This document shows, in pieces, positions 50,604 through 64,000 of a stretch of DNA of 64,000 nucleotides. The stretch spans positions 8,673,408-8,737,407 of the forward strand of contig OZ037771.1 in assembly GCA_964035545.1 (NCBI GenBank), in the 5' to 3' direction. The first letter of the stretch is position 1. Each line of letters starts with the position of its first letter. Position numbers and translations under genes: made by a program. This DNA comes from Bugula neritina. Lineage: Eukaryota; Animalia; Bryozoa. Below the pieces are notes generated by a model. The model was not told the origin of the DNA. It did not search any database and saw nothing but the letters and a program-made list of their open reading frames with translations.

Positions 50604-51509
50604 TCATGTCATTTCTATGTTACCAGCAGATGTTGTTGAAGTAGTTTTGCTTTTTGAAGTAGTCATTTTAGATTTACTCCATGTTTTGATAGAAGTCACA
50701 CAACTCCAACTTATGAGATTTGCACTCGCTATTAGCACGCCTTGAGATTCTACGAAAATTTGCATGATTAGCCACACTAAGTCATCATTGCTTGCTGTAG
50801 CTGCAAAAAGCAAGATCCAGCCTAAGCCCAGACAAATAGAAACTTTGAAGCATGTAATAATGTTCTTTTTTAGCCTCACTTTATCCTGTTTTAAAGCAGC
50901 TGGGCTCGTATTGAATATTTTTACCATGACCACAATGCCTATTATACAATTTGTAACTATCAATATGTATATAGGCACAAGGTACAAAGCTAGACGTATG
51001 GTAGTGTCACCAAGAAAGCATACACCTGCACCACTGTAAATATCCTGGCTAATAGAGAGTTGACTAGTAGAGAGTATATATGTTATCATAGTGCAAACCA
51101 AAGGCAGTCCTAATGCATATACACTGAACAACACAAAAGGTTTATGTGACCTTGACACAAGTCTCATGGAATATAAACTGCGCACTATACTAATTGCCAT
51201 AGAGTTGCTCCACGTGAGTGATGCAAGAAAGAAGAACTGTGTAATGGCTGCTATAGCTTGACAACCAGCTTCGTCTCTCCCAATCGGTAAGTTTATAAGT
51301 GAAAAGCACAAAAGAGCCCCAAATAAGCAAATCAGAAGTGAAACCATCATAGTATCAGGTAAGCTAAGAGGCTTTTTCTTTCTCAGCATAATTAGAATAA
51401 TGTTACAGACTATGGCAAAAAGGGAGGCACCCAGAAGAACATAGTCGTGAATTCCAAAAGTTAATTTTGGTCCAGGAATCAATGCTGTTTTGTTGATCAC
51501 CTCAAGGAC
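50604..51509 (-). CDS. Gene C exon 10 (7TM)
   Basis: Paralogue of 19728-20642. Confidence 0.92.
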   Translation of the reverse strand, partial: VLEVINKTALIPGPKLTFGIHDYVLLGASLFAIVCNIILIMLRKKKPLSLPDTMMVSLLICLFGALLCFSLINLPIGRDEAGCQAIAAITQFFFLASLTWSNSMAISIVRSLYSMRLVSRSHKPFVLFSVYALGLPLVCTMITYILSTSQLSISQDIYSGAGVCFLGDTTIRLALYLVPIYILIVTNCIIGIVVMVKIFNTSPAALKQDKVRLKKNIITCFKVSICLGLGWILLFAATASNDDLVWLIMQIFVESQGVLIASANLISWSCVTSIKTWSKSKMTTSKSKTTSTTSAGNIEMT

Positions 51510-54500
51510 CTAAAACCACAAAAAATAGTGTTCTAGCAGTAAAGTACATATTTAAATTGAATTGCCATTCCAAATGACTTGAAGTTGTAATCTATGAATA
51601 GAAAGAACTTCAATATACACATATGTAAATAAAGGAGTGAAATGTTATATATTAATTTTACCCAAAGTAATTTATATGAGAAATGGTTTGATTGCATGTA
51701 TAAGAATTACCACACTTACACATCACAAAAATAAAACCCATCTTTCAATACATTTTAGTTACTATAAAGAGTTGTCTCTCACACTTTATAAACCTAACCG
51801 ATAAACAAAAACTACCTTAAATGGTTATAGTTCAGTAAACCAAACATAGTAAATTTGTAATACTTCGGTTGTAGCAGCAGTTGATTATAGTCAGTAAACA
51901 TAAACAAGCTTTATAAATAAAACTAAATATTTATCTCAAATCATTTCACTGTCAGAACTGATAAAATAATCTTGTAGCTATATAGTAGCTACAGGTAGGT
52001 TCTTGCTGTTGCATTATGAAGTACTTACGAGTGAGTGTGACAAAAGAAAGAATAAAAAACCTACCTGAAGCCCATTGGCTGAAAGTTGGATTTGTTTATA
52101 TGCTCGGTTTGACAACTGTGAGATTATGGATTTGTTGGAGCAGAACATAATAGAGTCATTTGAGCTTCTCCACATTGGAACTGAAGTTGTTTTTTCTTCT
52201 AGTGGATATCTTGCAAGACCGAAAACTACACTTGTACCACTGTGACCTGAAGAACCTCGCCTATCAGTTGGCGGTTTAGAGCTAGCATTCATTCCACCAG
52301 TTTCATTTGGAAAACACTGGTGCATTTCCTTGCCGCATAAGTCAGTGATAAAAAAGCCATTTGTGAAGACCGTACTATTTACCAATTCCTCCAAAATAAG
52401 TTCACGTAAGACACTAGTTGAGTTGTCTATTTTACTGCACACAGATTGAGGGTCCTGTACACATCTTCCGCAACACTGCCAAGAGCTCAGTCTAATGGTT
52501 GTGATATAACTACGCAGCGACACTTGAACTGATTCAGCGAATAAATCTTCTAGGGAGCCACCAGTCACAATTTCACTATTTTGTATTAGGTACTCTAAAT
52601 CACAGATGACACAAAAGTAGTTGCGGAATACTGCGTTATAATAATATACAAATGAAACTGGTCCCCTCTCACAGTCCTCACTCAGCTTCCATCCTGCGTA
52701 CATGTTGGGACATTTGCTTTTATATGTTCTCTCTTTTAAACATTTGTAGAAGTAGTCTGAGTCATCCAGTGATAGTGTGTATGAGTCAAAATGACATTCT
52801 CCTCTGAAATACAAAAACAACCATATCATTAATTTTAAAGTAACAATATAGATCTAGCAGCTTCAACTGATAATAAAAAGAACAATGGCGCCTAAAAAGG
52901 TGGTGTACATGAAACACCAAAAAAGGTGCTAAATTTATGCAACAACTCACTTATTAACTACATTAATTTATTAACTATGTTAGCATGCACATAGTGCATT
53001 ATATCATTAAGTTATTGTATAGAAAAAGTATAACGTGAAACATTTTTAGCATTTCATGAAGTTTAACTTACACGATGTTACCAAGTTGATCCTGCTCACA
53101 TTTCACTGCTACATCCCAGAATGTGGTGTTTGTGGCTTTATTGCATCTTGCACAGTGTATATTCTTATATCTGAAAAAATTATCAAGAAAATGGCAGTAT
53201 TTTACTTTATTGACAATACTAAAATAAAATTAAGAGCAAATGCTTTGTTTGCACTGGATATATTACTGTACTTGTAAGTCCCTACACAATAATAAATTAA
53301 AAAGATCAGTAAGTTTTGCTGAATAAGGTGTGCATCACATAGCTAAACAACTTCGCTGGTCAATTACAACAGTATAACTTGCCTAAGTATTTGAAATTTC
53401 ATGATTTATTCATTTGTAAATAACCCCACGGTGTTCCGTTACTCAACCACAAAGTCCAAATATATACATTAGACAACATACGTCAAACGAGTGTTCATGT
53501 CAAGGACGAGCCAGCCATAGAGACTCCATTCCCCAACATCTCCCATGGAACACTGAGATTTCTCCTCATCACTGGCTTCCTGTGGGCAAGAGGTGACAAC
53601 TACTGTCCCTGTTATAGCAGACCTGTATACATCATAACAAACCCAGTCCATTCTCTCGTCAGGGTCACGCATTTCCACTTCAACATCTTGGCAGCAGGTT
53701 CCAAAATATTGACATCTTTGATCACACCTTTGAAACAGAGCAATACAAACTACACTCACCTGTCTATTGGTGCATGTCTATAAACTGGGAAACCATCACC
53801 ATAAAACAATCATATTTCAAGTATTTCTGTAAAATAAACGCCAAACTATGTTGTTACATGGTGAGATTGATAAAAAATATGTAGGTGCCAACACTTACTC
53901 GCAGTTTTTGTATTGAGTCGTTACACCACATAAACTAAAATATTTAGCTATTTCAGCTACAGTCCATAGAAACGTTCTCTGCATCTGAACTTGAGGATCA
54001 TAGGAGAAGTCCTCAACTCTCACACAAGAATTGGACAAGTCTTGGACGTGGTTGTAAGCACAGCCGGGGCCAGAGCATTGAATGGAATCTGTTGCTTTGG
54101 GGAACATAATTAGTTTTCCACACACGCTGCTGTAGTCACTCAAGCAATACATACTTCCTAAGTCCCACATCTTTGGTACCTCTACTGTCAAATTATAATT
54201 ATTTACAGATTATTATATTATAAACACACTGTTTACATCATGAGCAGCAGTGTATGCATATACACTAGAGAACCAAATAGTTCAACATTGACTCATCGTT
54301 GAGATTTTGTGCTCACAACATTATTTACTAGCAGCCCATGTTTCAACATTGAGTGAATGGCTTTAAGAGAGCAAATGATAAAATACATAATAACACATAA
54401 TAAATCCATATATTTGGGAGTTTTTTCTTATATTGGATTTAAGGCCCTTTGTTTATAATGTTGGGAGACAAGCAGAAATGAGGCTAGGATATCAGACATC

Positions 54501-57500
54501 TTTTAGCATAGCTTGGTATGCCTCAAAGACTGTTTCTAGCTTTTTTTTTGCTGAAAATAGTCACTATGTTCCCACTGCCTCACATTATGGAAATGAACGT
54601 TTTTTCTATGTTTGGGAACAGTTGCATGGAATGAAATCACAACCATAGGTTAATGCAAACCGCAATTACAAATCCATTCATGTAGGATCAATTCGTTGTT
54701 ATGGGAACTCGTGGTGAATGTGAAGCCTTTGCAGCGTCAAAAAATAAAAGGGCCAAATTGAGGAGAATTTCTATAACATTGCCATTACTTTACGCGTGAT
54801 TGCATTGCAATATTTTATACTAAGTATCATCACACGACTCACTAGGTATCTAGTGATCAGTTGGGATTAGGACATAATGAAACCTGCATAATTGAGTTTT
54901 CGTATAACACCTTCTATAAACCTGTGCCTGTAACAACGACCAATCACCTTTAACACTTGAATACATTAACCTATTAAACTATTCTTATATACTATTGCTA
55001 CAGGTTTCTATAATAAAGGTAACGAGGGGGGCACAACGTTCACAGGGCTACAAAAAGTAGGTCAAATTGTGAGAGAACGTATTGACTTAGAGTTGTGATT
55101 TTTTTAATAAAAGTGTAATGACATAATTATTCAACCATTGTAGTTTCAACACTTGCGGAGCATACATGTTGAAGAGGCAAGTCAAAAACTGTTTTTACCT
55201 ACTTTTTGTAAATTTTTAAGATGTCACTAAAGCTTTATAACTTTTTACCCTCAAAAGTAACGAGCCTAGTTTTACTGATATTGTTGTCATCGCTTGTCTC
55301 TACATTGCTTAACTAGCATAATAGCAAATTCTAAAATAATTTTTCCTTGAACCACATTTATTTTCAACTCGGCCACACGGGGCACAATGGGCCATGCTTA
55401 CCATTGCACCCTGATTACTGTTATTAGTCTGTTTGCCCGAAAAACTATTTGAAATGTTAATAAAATCTATATTTATACCCATTTCTGACCTTCTTTTTGT
55501 GAAATATCAAACTGACCTAATATATATACATCTGGTGGGGTTATATATTTGCCATTTTATACATCATACAAAACACTCTGTTGCTGCTACTAATAGATAG
55601 TCATAATATTCATTATACATTATATCATTGTGGGAGTATACGTATGTAAATCTGACTAAAATAAATTGTAATTTGCTCATTTTCTCCCCCTCCCTTCCGA
55701 ACTCCAGCCACAAACTTCAGCCACCTTAGCTACAGTTCATAGAAGAAAGTCCACTCGGAATTTCGTACTACTAAAGTTTTTTCTGATGAAAGTTTTTGTG
55801 AAGTGAAAATATAAAAAGCATTTTTAGTTCTAAAGTCTAAAGAGTAATAATAATGGCGCCGTAGAAATGAATGATGTGCGTTTGATTTTGCCTTTCCCTG
55901 CTTTCTGTAGTAGTACAAACTGTACAGCTAAAACATGATGTTTGCTGCAGCTCTGAAAGAGTATTTTTATCTACTTGTGCATATTGAAAAAGTAAAAATC
56001 AGATGCAACCAAACTTATAATGGTTCAATATATTTGTTGTGTAACGTTTGCCCCAGTTTATAGTAACAGGTTGCACTGGTGGAGTTTTAATGATGTTTAT
56101 TAAACCAATGTGAAACTACAATAATACAATAATACTATCAGATAATAAAGGCATTAATGAAAAAAAAATGAAACATAAACATTACAAAATTGTTGTATAA
56201 CAATATTCAACATACCTCTATTACCCTTCCTGAGGAAAGTTAGAATTAAATATATATATAAGGTTGTAATATTGAGAAGTTAAATATCTATCATGTATAG
56301 AATGCTGTTACTCAATCAAAAAAATGACTAGTGAGAACTCTAACACAAGTTTTATAGTCAGTGGAAAAAATACATCAGCCTGGAATGAAAACATAAGGCA
56401 ACAGAATGCTATAATCTCTGGTTATACAAGTTATAAAAAGGCTGACAGCTATTGTGGTAACAAAAATCATTGCTTTGTAACAGTGAACTCAAAGCTATCT
56501 GTGGTTTGCAAAGCCGTAGCTAAGTGAGTAGCTGAGTGATAATATAAATGAATGATGATGAATTGTCCTATGCTACTGCAGGTGATGCTTTGAATATATT
56601 GTGCAAACAAGTTAAAGAAACTGTAGTAATGTGTAATACTACACTCCATCTAAAATTTAGAATGAAATTTTACTATTTCTCACCAAGGACACTACACTCC
56701 CACCTAAAATTTCTTAAGTTTTCAGCAAAGTTTACTCATTACCCTTTGAAAAATTTTCAATTAGCGTCACCAGCTTTGAGACAGGTCGGTGTAGGTACTT
56801 TTTGGAGTTTACAGGCTGGTTTCTATTACCAATTAGAATTTTGACTGATCTGACTCTACCGTCTTTAGATTTCATACATTCTACCACCTTTCCCATAGAC
56901 CACTCATTTCTATTACTATTGTCATTTACAATAATGACTATGTTTCCGGTTTTTATTTCTTTTCCTGTTTGATTTACTTATTTCTGGCAAGGTTGGAGAC
57001 AGCACAAATACTAAGTACGCCAGTGCTCCCAGAAGTTATTTGCCAGATGCTGCACAGCACGCCAGCGCTTGTGGCTGTAAATATCACTGTCAGTGAATTC
57101 AGATGGAGGTGAAAGTATAATGTCTGATTTCATAATCAGCAGAAGATTTAGAGTGAGAGGATGATGCTCTTCAGTAACTGTGGATTTATGATAGCCATAA
57201 CCTCATACATGAGGGTTCGGAGGTTACTGGTGTCGAGTCTTCCGCCATGTTTTCACAGAACGTGCTGAATAATGCTTCTGGCTGAACAGATCATCCTCTC
57301 CCAAACACCACCCATGTGACTGGCTGCAGGTGGGTTTAGCCTAAACTCTAAGACACTTTTTTAGTTAGTTCAGGAACAGCACCAATAAAGTGGGTACCCT
57401 GGTCACAACAGATTTCTCTAATGGGGCCGCGAATAGTGATTACGTTGCGAATGGCATTTATGAAGGAAGAAGTGGTCATGTCATCAAGTAGCTCGATGTA

Positions 57501-60500
57501 GACCGTTCGACTGACCAAGCAAGTAACCATTATATCATAAAGTTTCAGTTCAATACGTCTATCCTTGACTTGGAAAGAGCCAAAACAGTCAATCCCACAA
57601 TAAGTAAAAGAGGGCGACCCTGTAACTCTTTCTGCAGGAAGCGAAGACATATTCGGAATGATTGGCTTGTCGCGATCACGACAGCGGTCTACACAATGAT
57701 AAATGAGAGAAGTAACTAGCTGTCTAGCACCTATGACCCAATACCCAGCTGTTCTCATTTGAGCTAGAATCATTCCACGACCTGGATGCTTAGCTGCTTC
57801 ATCCTCAGGCTCAAGAGTTTGGATGTTTCGTACATTTCTTTCAGAGGCGGAAATGGATTCGAGAATAGCAGATGAGTAAGATGAGAATCTATGAAGACAT
57901 TAATTGCTTTCTTGGACCGCATTAATTAATGGCATATGGATATGGCGTCTTGGACCACACTAATTGCAGAGTCAGTATCAGGAAAGCTCATTAAACCATC
58001 ATCTACATAAAAGTTGTTTCTGATGAATGATTTAGCAAGTGTGTTTAGATTAATACTAGTGTCACAGAGTGACTGCAAACCGTATGTTCTGCATGCAAGG
58101 GATAACGTTGCACTAAAGAGATGCACTTTCATTCTGTAGAGAACTATTGCACTCTGTTTGTCATACTAAAGAAACCTGAAGAGATCTCTATGTTCAGAAA
58201 AAAACTCGGAACTGTTGGAACATCCTACCAATTTCGCAGGTTACTCCTACCATGTCTTTCCTGAATCTCATCAAGATACCTATCAGATTATTCATTTGAT
58301 CTGAACTCTGGAGCAGATAGTCATTGAGACACATCCCTCCCACCTTGGTGGCTCCATCAAAGACAATCCAGATTTTCCCAGGCTTTTTTGAATGGTAAAC
58401 ACCAAAGTGAGAGATGCACCATGCGTTTGCATTGTCTTTTTGGTCATTTGGCACAAGCTCAGCCTCACCTTGTGTTATGATGTAATTCGTGAAGTTGTGA
58501 TAATGCTCAGAGAAAGTAGGATCAGTTAACTTCTTTTGAAGATTTTTGAATCAATTGAGTGCCATGCATTTAGATTTGTTTGGACCAGGATGAAGTCTTA
58601 ATGAAAGAGGCATAGTGATGTGACCCTTTATATCTTTGTATGTTTGCTCCTTCATGAGTTTCAGGAAGTTGATGTCATCGATTGACATCTTTGAATTTTC
58701 ATCGGACGGATCTGAATGAAAGTCAGAACTTAGAATCTTTAAAATTTTGGCTTCGAGGTTGGCATTTTTATTGTGACTGTCTGCCTGTATCTTGAATGAA
58801 ATGCTTTCTCTGGTTGTGGGTTGTAAGATTAAGGTTTACTATCGCAAGCGAATTGCGCAGGTTCTTGTGACCATTATGTTGAGTAGTATTTCACATGAGT
58901 AGCCAGCCGAGATCACTCAGTCTGTAGTGTCTTTGGTGATAAATAGTAAAATTTCATTCTATATTTCAGATGGAGTGTAGTATTACACATTACTACAGTT
59001 TCTTTAACTTGTTTGCACAATCTATTCAAAGCATTGCTTGCAGTAGCATAGGACAATTCATCATCATTCATTCATATTATCACTCAGCTACTCACTTAGC
59101 TATGGCTTTGTAAACTACAGATAGCTTTGAGTTCACTGTTACAAAGCAATGATTTTTGTAACCACAATAGCTGTCAGCCTTTTTATAACTTGTAGCTAAA
59201 AATTATAGCATTATGTTGCCTTATGCTTTCATTCCAGGCTGGTGTATTTTTTCCACTGACTATAACACTTGTGTTAGAGTTCTCACTAGTCATTTTTTTA
59301 TTGAGTAACAGCATTCTATACATGATAGATATTTAACTTCTCAATATTACAACCTTATATATATATTTGATTCTAACTTTCCCCAGGAAGGGTAATAGAG
59401 GTATGTTGAATATTATTATACAACAATTTCGTAATGTTTATATTTCATTTCTTTTTCATTAATGCCTTTATTATCAGATAGTATTATTGTATTATTGTAG
59501 TTTCAGGTTGGTTTAATAAACATCATTAAAACTCCACCAGTGCAACCTGTTACTATAAACTGGGGCAAACGTTACAGTAAAACTCTATACATTTGCTGCT
59601 AGCAAGTGAAACTCTAACTCAAGAAAGCAAGTGAAACTCTTCTTACTTGCCATTGACAAGTGAGACTGACCAACAGTCGAATGATAGCCAAACTATCAGC
59701 CTACAGTCGTACCGAGCCAGCGCCAATCAGCCAAGAGCCAGAGCCACAAAGCCAAAGCCAAGAGCCAGAGCCAGCAGCCATCAAGACTCCAGGGTGATAA
59801 GTTTAGTTATATCTATACTGTATAAGTTTTTACCCAATTGACACATTGTCCTAGGTGATTAAGATTTACTCCTTGGGCTACATAGCTACCAAATTTTACA
59901 CAACCTTTAAGCCAATAACTCATTCATTTATATATCACAATTCGTGATCATCTTTATTTTCTTTTGTCCTACCTTTTTATTACTGTAACATTGCTCTTGT
60001 AATAGTGACAACACAGCGTCCTGTGTTTAAATACCAGACATTAACTGGTTCAAAACAATAATTTAACATTCAAATCATTACGATTTCTTTTTGCCTACTG
60101 TGGTTACATGCGTTATCTTTGAATTTAATGTGCGCTTTGTGCCAATAAGCCAACTGACCAGAAACATTATATTTTTAAAAAAATTACTTAGGAGTTGTGT
60201 TTTCTCCTCCATATATTCGACACTACACTCCCACCAAGTTCAACGCTTAACATACATTGAATTCTCTCACATTCTGCTAATTCTTTTTGTCAACCATGTA
60301 TAAACAAAATACCCAATCAGAAAATGCTGCTACTAGCGACACTCTTCAGTTTGACCAAAATATGACTGAAAATCACAAAATTCTAGAACAGGAAATTTCA
60401 CCCACACAAGGATATGTTGAAACACATGAAGAAAATCCAACTCATGCCAAATGCCTTGAAATCAAACTAGTGGCAGATAAATTAGAAGAAATATTAAAAA

Positions 60501-63500
60501 ACTGCAGTGTGTTTCATCAGTCCATTAGGAAGAAAATCTCTTCACAAGAAGAGATATCGTTTGAGAATTTAGAAAGGTTAAGGATGCAGCTCATTGAAGA
60601 AAAAGCCAATATAATTAAGGATTTTGAACAATTGTGCAAAGCTTGCGTGGCAACCTTAAGCCAGATCTAAAAATTAGAAATCAAATTGACCGCGTAGGAG
60701 CAGATAATAAAAATTGTCTGCAGCAAGCCTTAGGGCTGATGCATGTCTTTACAACGCATTTCTAAAACTATTGTATCAAACCAGCCAGGTGCATCATTAG
60801 CTGCTTCTCTCCAAACCACATAATCCACCAGGTTCAATTATTTCAAATCAATCTCAATCCCATCTCACATCAGCTTCCAAATCGTCACCTGCTAGTTCAA
60901 AACTAAAAGCTATGCAATTGTAAGCTAAAGCAAAATCTGCAGCTTTCAAACAGAAGCTTGAGTCATCAAAAAGTACTTATGCACTAGAAATGCAAGCCAA
61001 ACAATTGGCAATGGCTATAGAGCAAAGCAAAATTCAAGTGGAACTCGATGCTGTTAAAGCTGAAGAAAAGGTCCTTTCTGAGGCTATGGAAGATGAAGGC
61101 GGTGTCTCACTTTTTCATTCGCTACCTCAACCTAACTTCACACAATCACATGCCAAACTTGATAACCCAGCCAAATCTTCCCCTATTGTGCTTCCAGCAC
61201 CTGCACCTAACTTTAAGCAATCACATGTCAAGACCCATAATCCGGTCAAATCTTTCCCTATCATGCCTTTGGTACCTGCACCTAGGACTCAGGCTAAACA
61301 TCCTATCACCAACCTTCAGCTTTACCAAGCACCAGTCGACTCCACTCAACACCCTACAAAGAGCCCTATAGATGTCACTCAATCATTGAACATTAGCTCT
61401 GTTTTTGATCAACAAGCATTTGCTAACACACTAGCACAAGCTATCCACACAATAAAACTGAAACCTGCCTAGCCCACTGTATTCTCTGGTGAGCCCCTCA
61501 AATATTTGGATTGGAAAGTAGCATTTGAAGGTCTCATTGAGAGTGGTAGTTACAATCCCCTCTAAAAGATAGCTCTCCTTCAAAAATATTTAGGTGGTAA
61601 AACCAAACGGATGGTAACAAATTTATTCCAAACTGGGACTGAAGAAGCATTTAAAGAAGCATAACGCAAGCTAAATGATAAATTTGAAAAACCCCACATA
61701 CTCACTGAGGCATACCAGACCCATTTAGAACAGTGGCCCTTTATCATAGAACACGACGTGGAGGCACTGGACAAACTGCTTAATTTTCTAGAAACCTGCC
61801 AAACCGCCATGGACAAGCTTCCGGACTCGATTGCCTTAAGGATAAGAAAAAAAACGAGAAGGTTTTTGCAAAAATTACCAATATCGGTAGGCAATCGTTG
61901 GGTCAAAATGGCAACTGAAATAGAGTCAGCAACAGACCGGTTTACATCAATATTTGATTTTGTTTGGTTCTTGTCTAAAAAGGCTGATGTAGCAAGAAAC
62001 AGTCTAAACAAAGTCATAGCCAAAAGAGTCCTGTCAAATAGAAACCATGATAACAGCCATAAGCGGAATTCACCTACTCGCAAGCCTGATGAGCAGACAA
62101 CAACATTTCTTGCCTCAAAAAATCAAGTCACACCAGCTAACATACCACATGACCTCTCAAAACCTAAGCGTAGGTATCCATGCCTGATGTGTAACATGGA
62201 CAACCATGGCACTGGCATCTGTTTCAACCGTGAAAAATTACCTCATTCAGACATAGAAAAATTCTTTGACGATAATAACCTTTGTTATTCTTGTGCAAAG
62301 CCGAGACACAAAATGGATAAATCTCGCCACCCTGCGATATGCACTAAAAAGGACTGTGAACAAAAACATCTTGCTGTGTTCCACAAGTACTACAATAGAG
62401 GCAGTGAAAATAAGACCTCTCAACCAAATAAACAATCCAATAACAATCAAATTTGAGGCAGCAAAAATAAGCCCTCCACTCAAAACTCAACTTCCAATTC
62501 AGGTATGGTGAATAAAAAACCTTTTAACTGAACAACCACAATAATCCAAACTCAAATCAAGGCAACGAAAATAAGCCAACACCAGCCACTGTACGTAACT
62601 GCGCCGAAAATAAGACAGCATACCTCGCCTCATGGACCATTCCAATGTATGTATCATCAATAGAAAATCCCGACCATGAAGTCCTAATATATGCTCTACT
62701 AAACTCTGGTTCTAACCACACATTCATTACTCATGACAATATTCATACACTCAATGCTACTACTCATGATATCAGGTACCAGGGCGCAATGCCCCAGTTT
62801 TTTCGTCACAAAAATTTCGTTATTCTGAAGGTTGTGTAAGAGATAGAAACAACAAAGTGATACCTATAATAGACAATAAAGGATGACTTACATGCCCACA
62901 GACCAGTCTTGTTATACGCGTAGGTCATGTTGAAGTTGTTTGGCCATGATATATACATGTGGGAAAGCTTGTTGGGAATTCTGAAATTTTCATCTGACAG
63001 CTGGCCTTCTAATATACTTTTTAAAACAGGTTTAACAGTTGCCAACCACACTCCTACAACATGATGGGTCAACTTTTGCTATGAGAATAATTTTCATCAT
63101 TTTGAAGAAAAGAATTAATAATCTAGATAAGTAACATGTTGCACATCTATTGAGTAATATAATTATGTTGTATATCAATTAGATATTATATTATTATTAT
63201 ATGTCATATGTTAAAAGCTACAATCAAGTTGTTTTTAGATGCAGATATCGTAAGCAGAGGAACAGTTGAACCAGTATATATAACATATTTATATATAACA
63301 TACATACCAGTTGGAAACTCTTGAAAAATAAGATTTGGAACACCCAGCTCATCAGATTCTCTCCAACACCGCTCACAAAACATGTTTCTGTAGAGGTATG
63401 CATCAGAGGACTGATTTTTGATATTATAAGATGGTCCAAACTCGCACAGCCGTCTAATCTCTTCATTGCCATAAGTTTCGGGACATTTACTAATTAAGTG

Positions 63501-63558
63501 ACTACAGCCTCTTCTGTGGACATGAATTTCTGTAGCAACATGCTTCACCCAACAGTCT
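50604..63558 (-). CDS. Gene C: family-B GPCR paralogue, exons 4-10; join(63558-63308,63053-62892,54184-53899,53727-53482,53170-53072,52803-52065,51509-50604); 5' end is beyond the window
   Basis: Same splice sites and phases as gene B, open frames, in-frame 9-nt deletion in exon 9. Confidence 0.85.
52065..52803 (-). CDS. Gene C exon 9
   Basis: tttcag|A...CAG|gtaggt. Confidence 0.85.
56040..62778. mobile_element. BEL/Pao complex in gene C intron 5: LTR 56040-56696 (-), PPT, pol remnants 56750-58922 (-), LTR 58923-59576 (+), gag/PR ~60290-62778 (+)
   Basis: ~655-bp inverted TGTAGTG...GTTACA repeats, PPT AGGTGGGAG, HFGVYHSKKPGKI, FYVDD, GIDCFG, DQGTHF motifs; stops and deletions. Confidence 0.9.
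63308..63558 (-). CDS. Gene C exon 4
   Basis: Paralogue of 28420-28670, same splice sites. Confidence 0.85.
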
Positions 63559-64000
63559 CTATATCAAATAAACCAGTTATGTTAACGGCACCAATCAGGG
63601 ACTAGATATTATATCAGCAGCACCAATTAAGGTTTAAGTACAAAACTTGTCTTCATTAAAAACAATAATTGATTTCACAGTGCCGTGTTGTTAATAATGT
63701 AAAAAAATCTAAAATATGCAGAACTTCATCTCACTTAAAAAGTTACTAAGTTTGATTTTGATTTCAAGTTTGTAAAATATTGTTGCTGTGCCAAGACTTA
63801 GGACCTAGATCTCAGCATAGCCTGCGCTCTACAATATTTTATACTATGCTGAAAACTAATTAGAAAACTTATGATAGTCAAAAAATGCATTTCTAACCCC
63901 ATTAGCATAAAATTCTTCTATATAAATGGTATATTATACTTGCACACCTTACGTATATTTCTATAATATGTGTAATGTATAATATATGTGTAATAGAATA

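Overview
AT-rich eukaryotic (invertebrate-like) genomic DNA with GT-AG introns. The window covers part of a tandem array of three minus-strand paralogues encoding family-B (adhesion/Methuselah-like) 7TM receptors with large Cys-rich ectodomains. Gene A shows only exons 1-2 (left edge). Gene B is complete: 10 exons, 41786->19728, phases consistent, 3324 nt, 1107 aa. Gene C shows exons 4-10 (right edge). The ectodomain is built as (SMB-like + Cys module + Cys module) x2, has no recognisable GPS motif, and carries sharply localised hypervariable patches between otherwise near-identical paralogues. Introns and intergenic DNA hold layered mobile elements: a very young intact Gypsy (with a -1 frameshift signal and an atypical PBS matching the 5' end of tRNA-Phe) nested in a hAT element; an old Gypsy with a TTAA MITE in its protease; BEL/Pao remnants whose inverted LTRs bracket a segment flipped between paralogues; a Penelope GIY-YIG fragment; foldback MITEs; and micro/minisatellites. 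All calls come from manual reading; no database searches were run, and identity figures are by-eye estimates.
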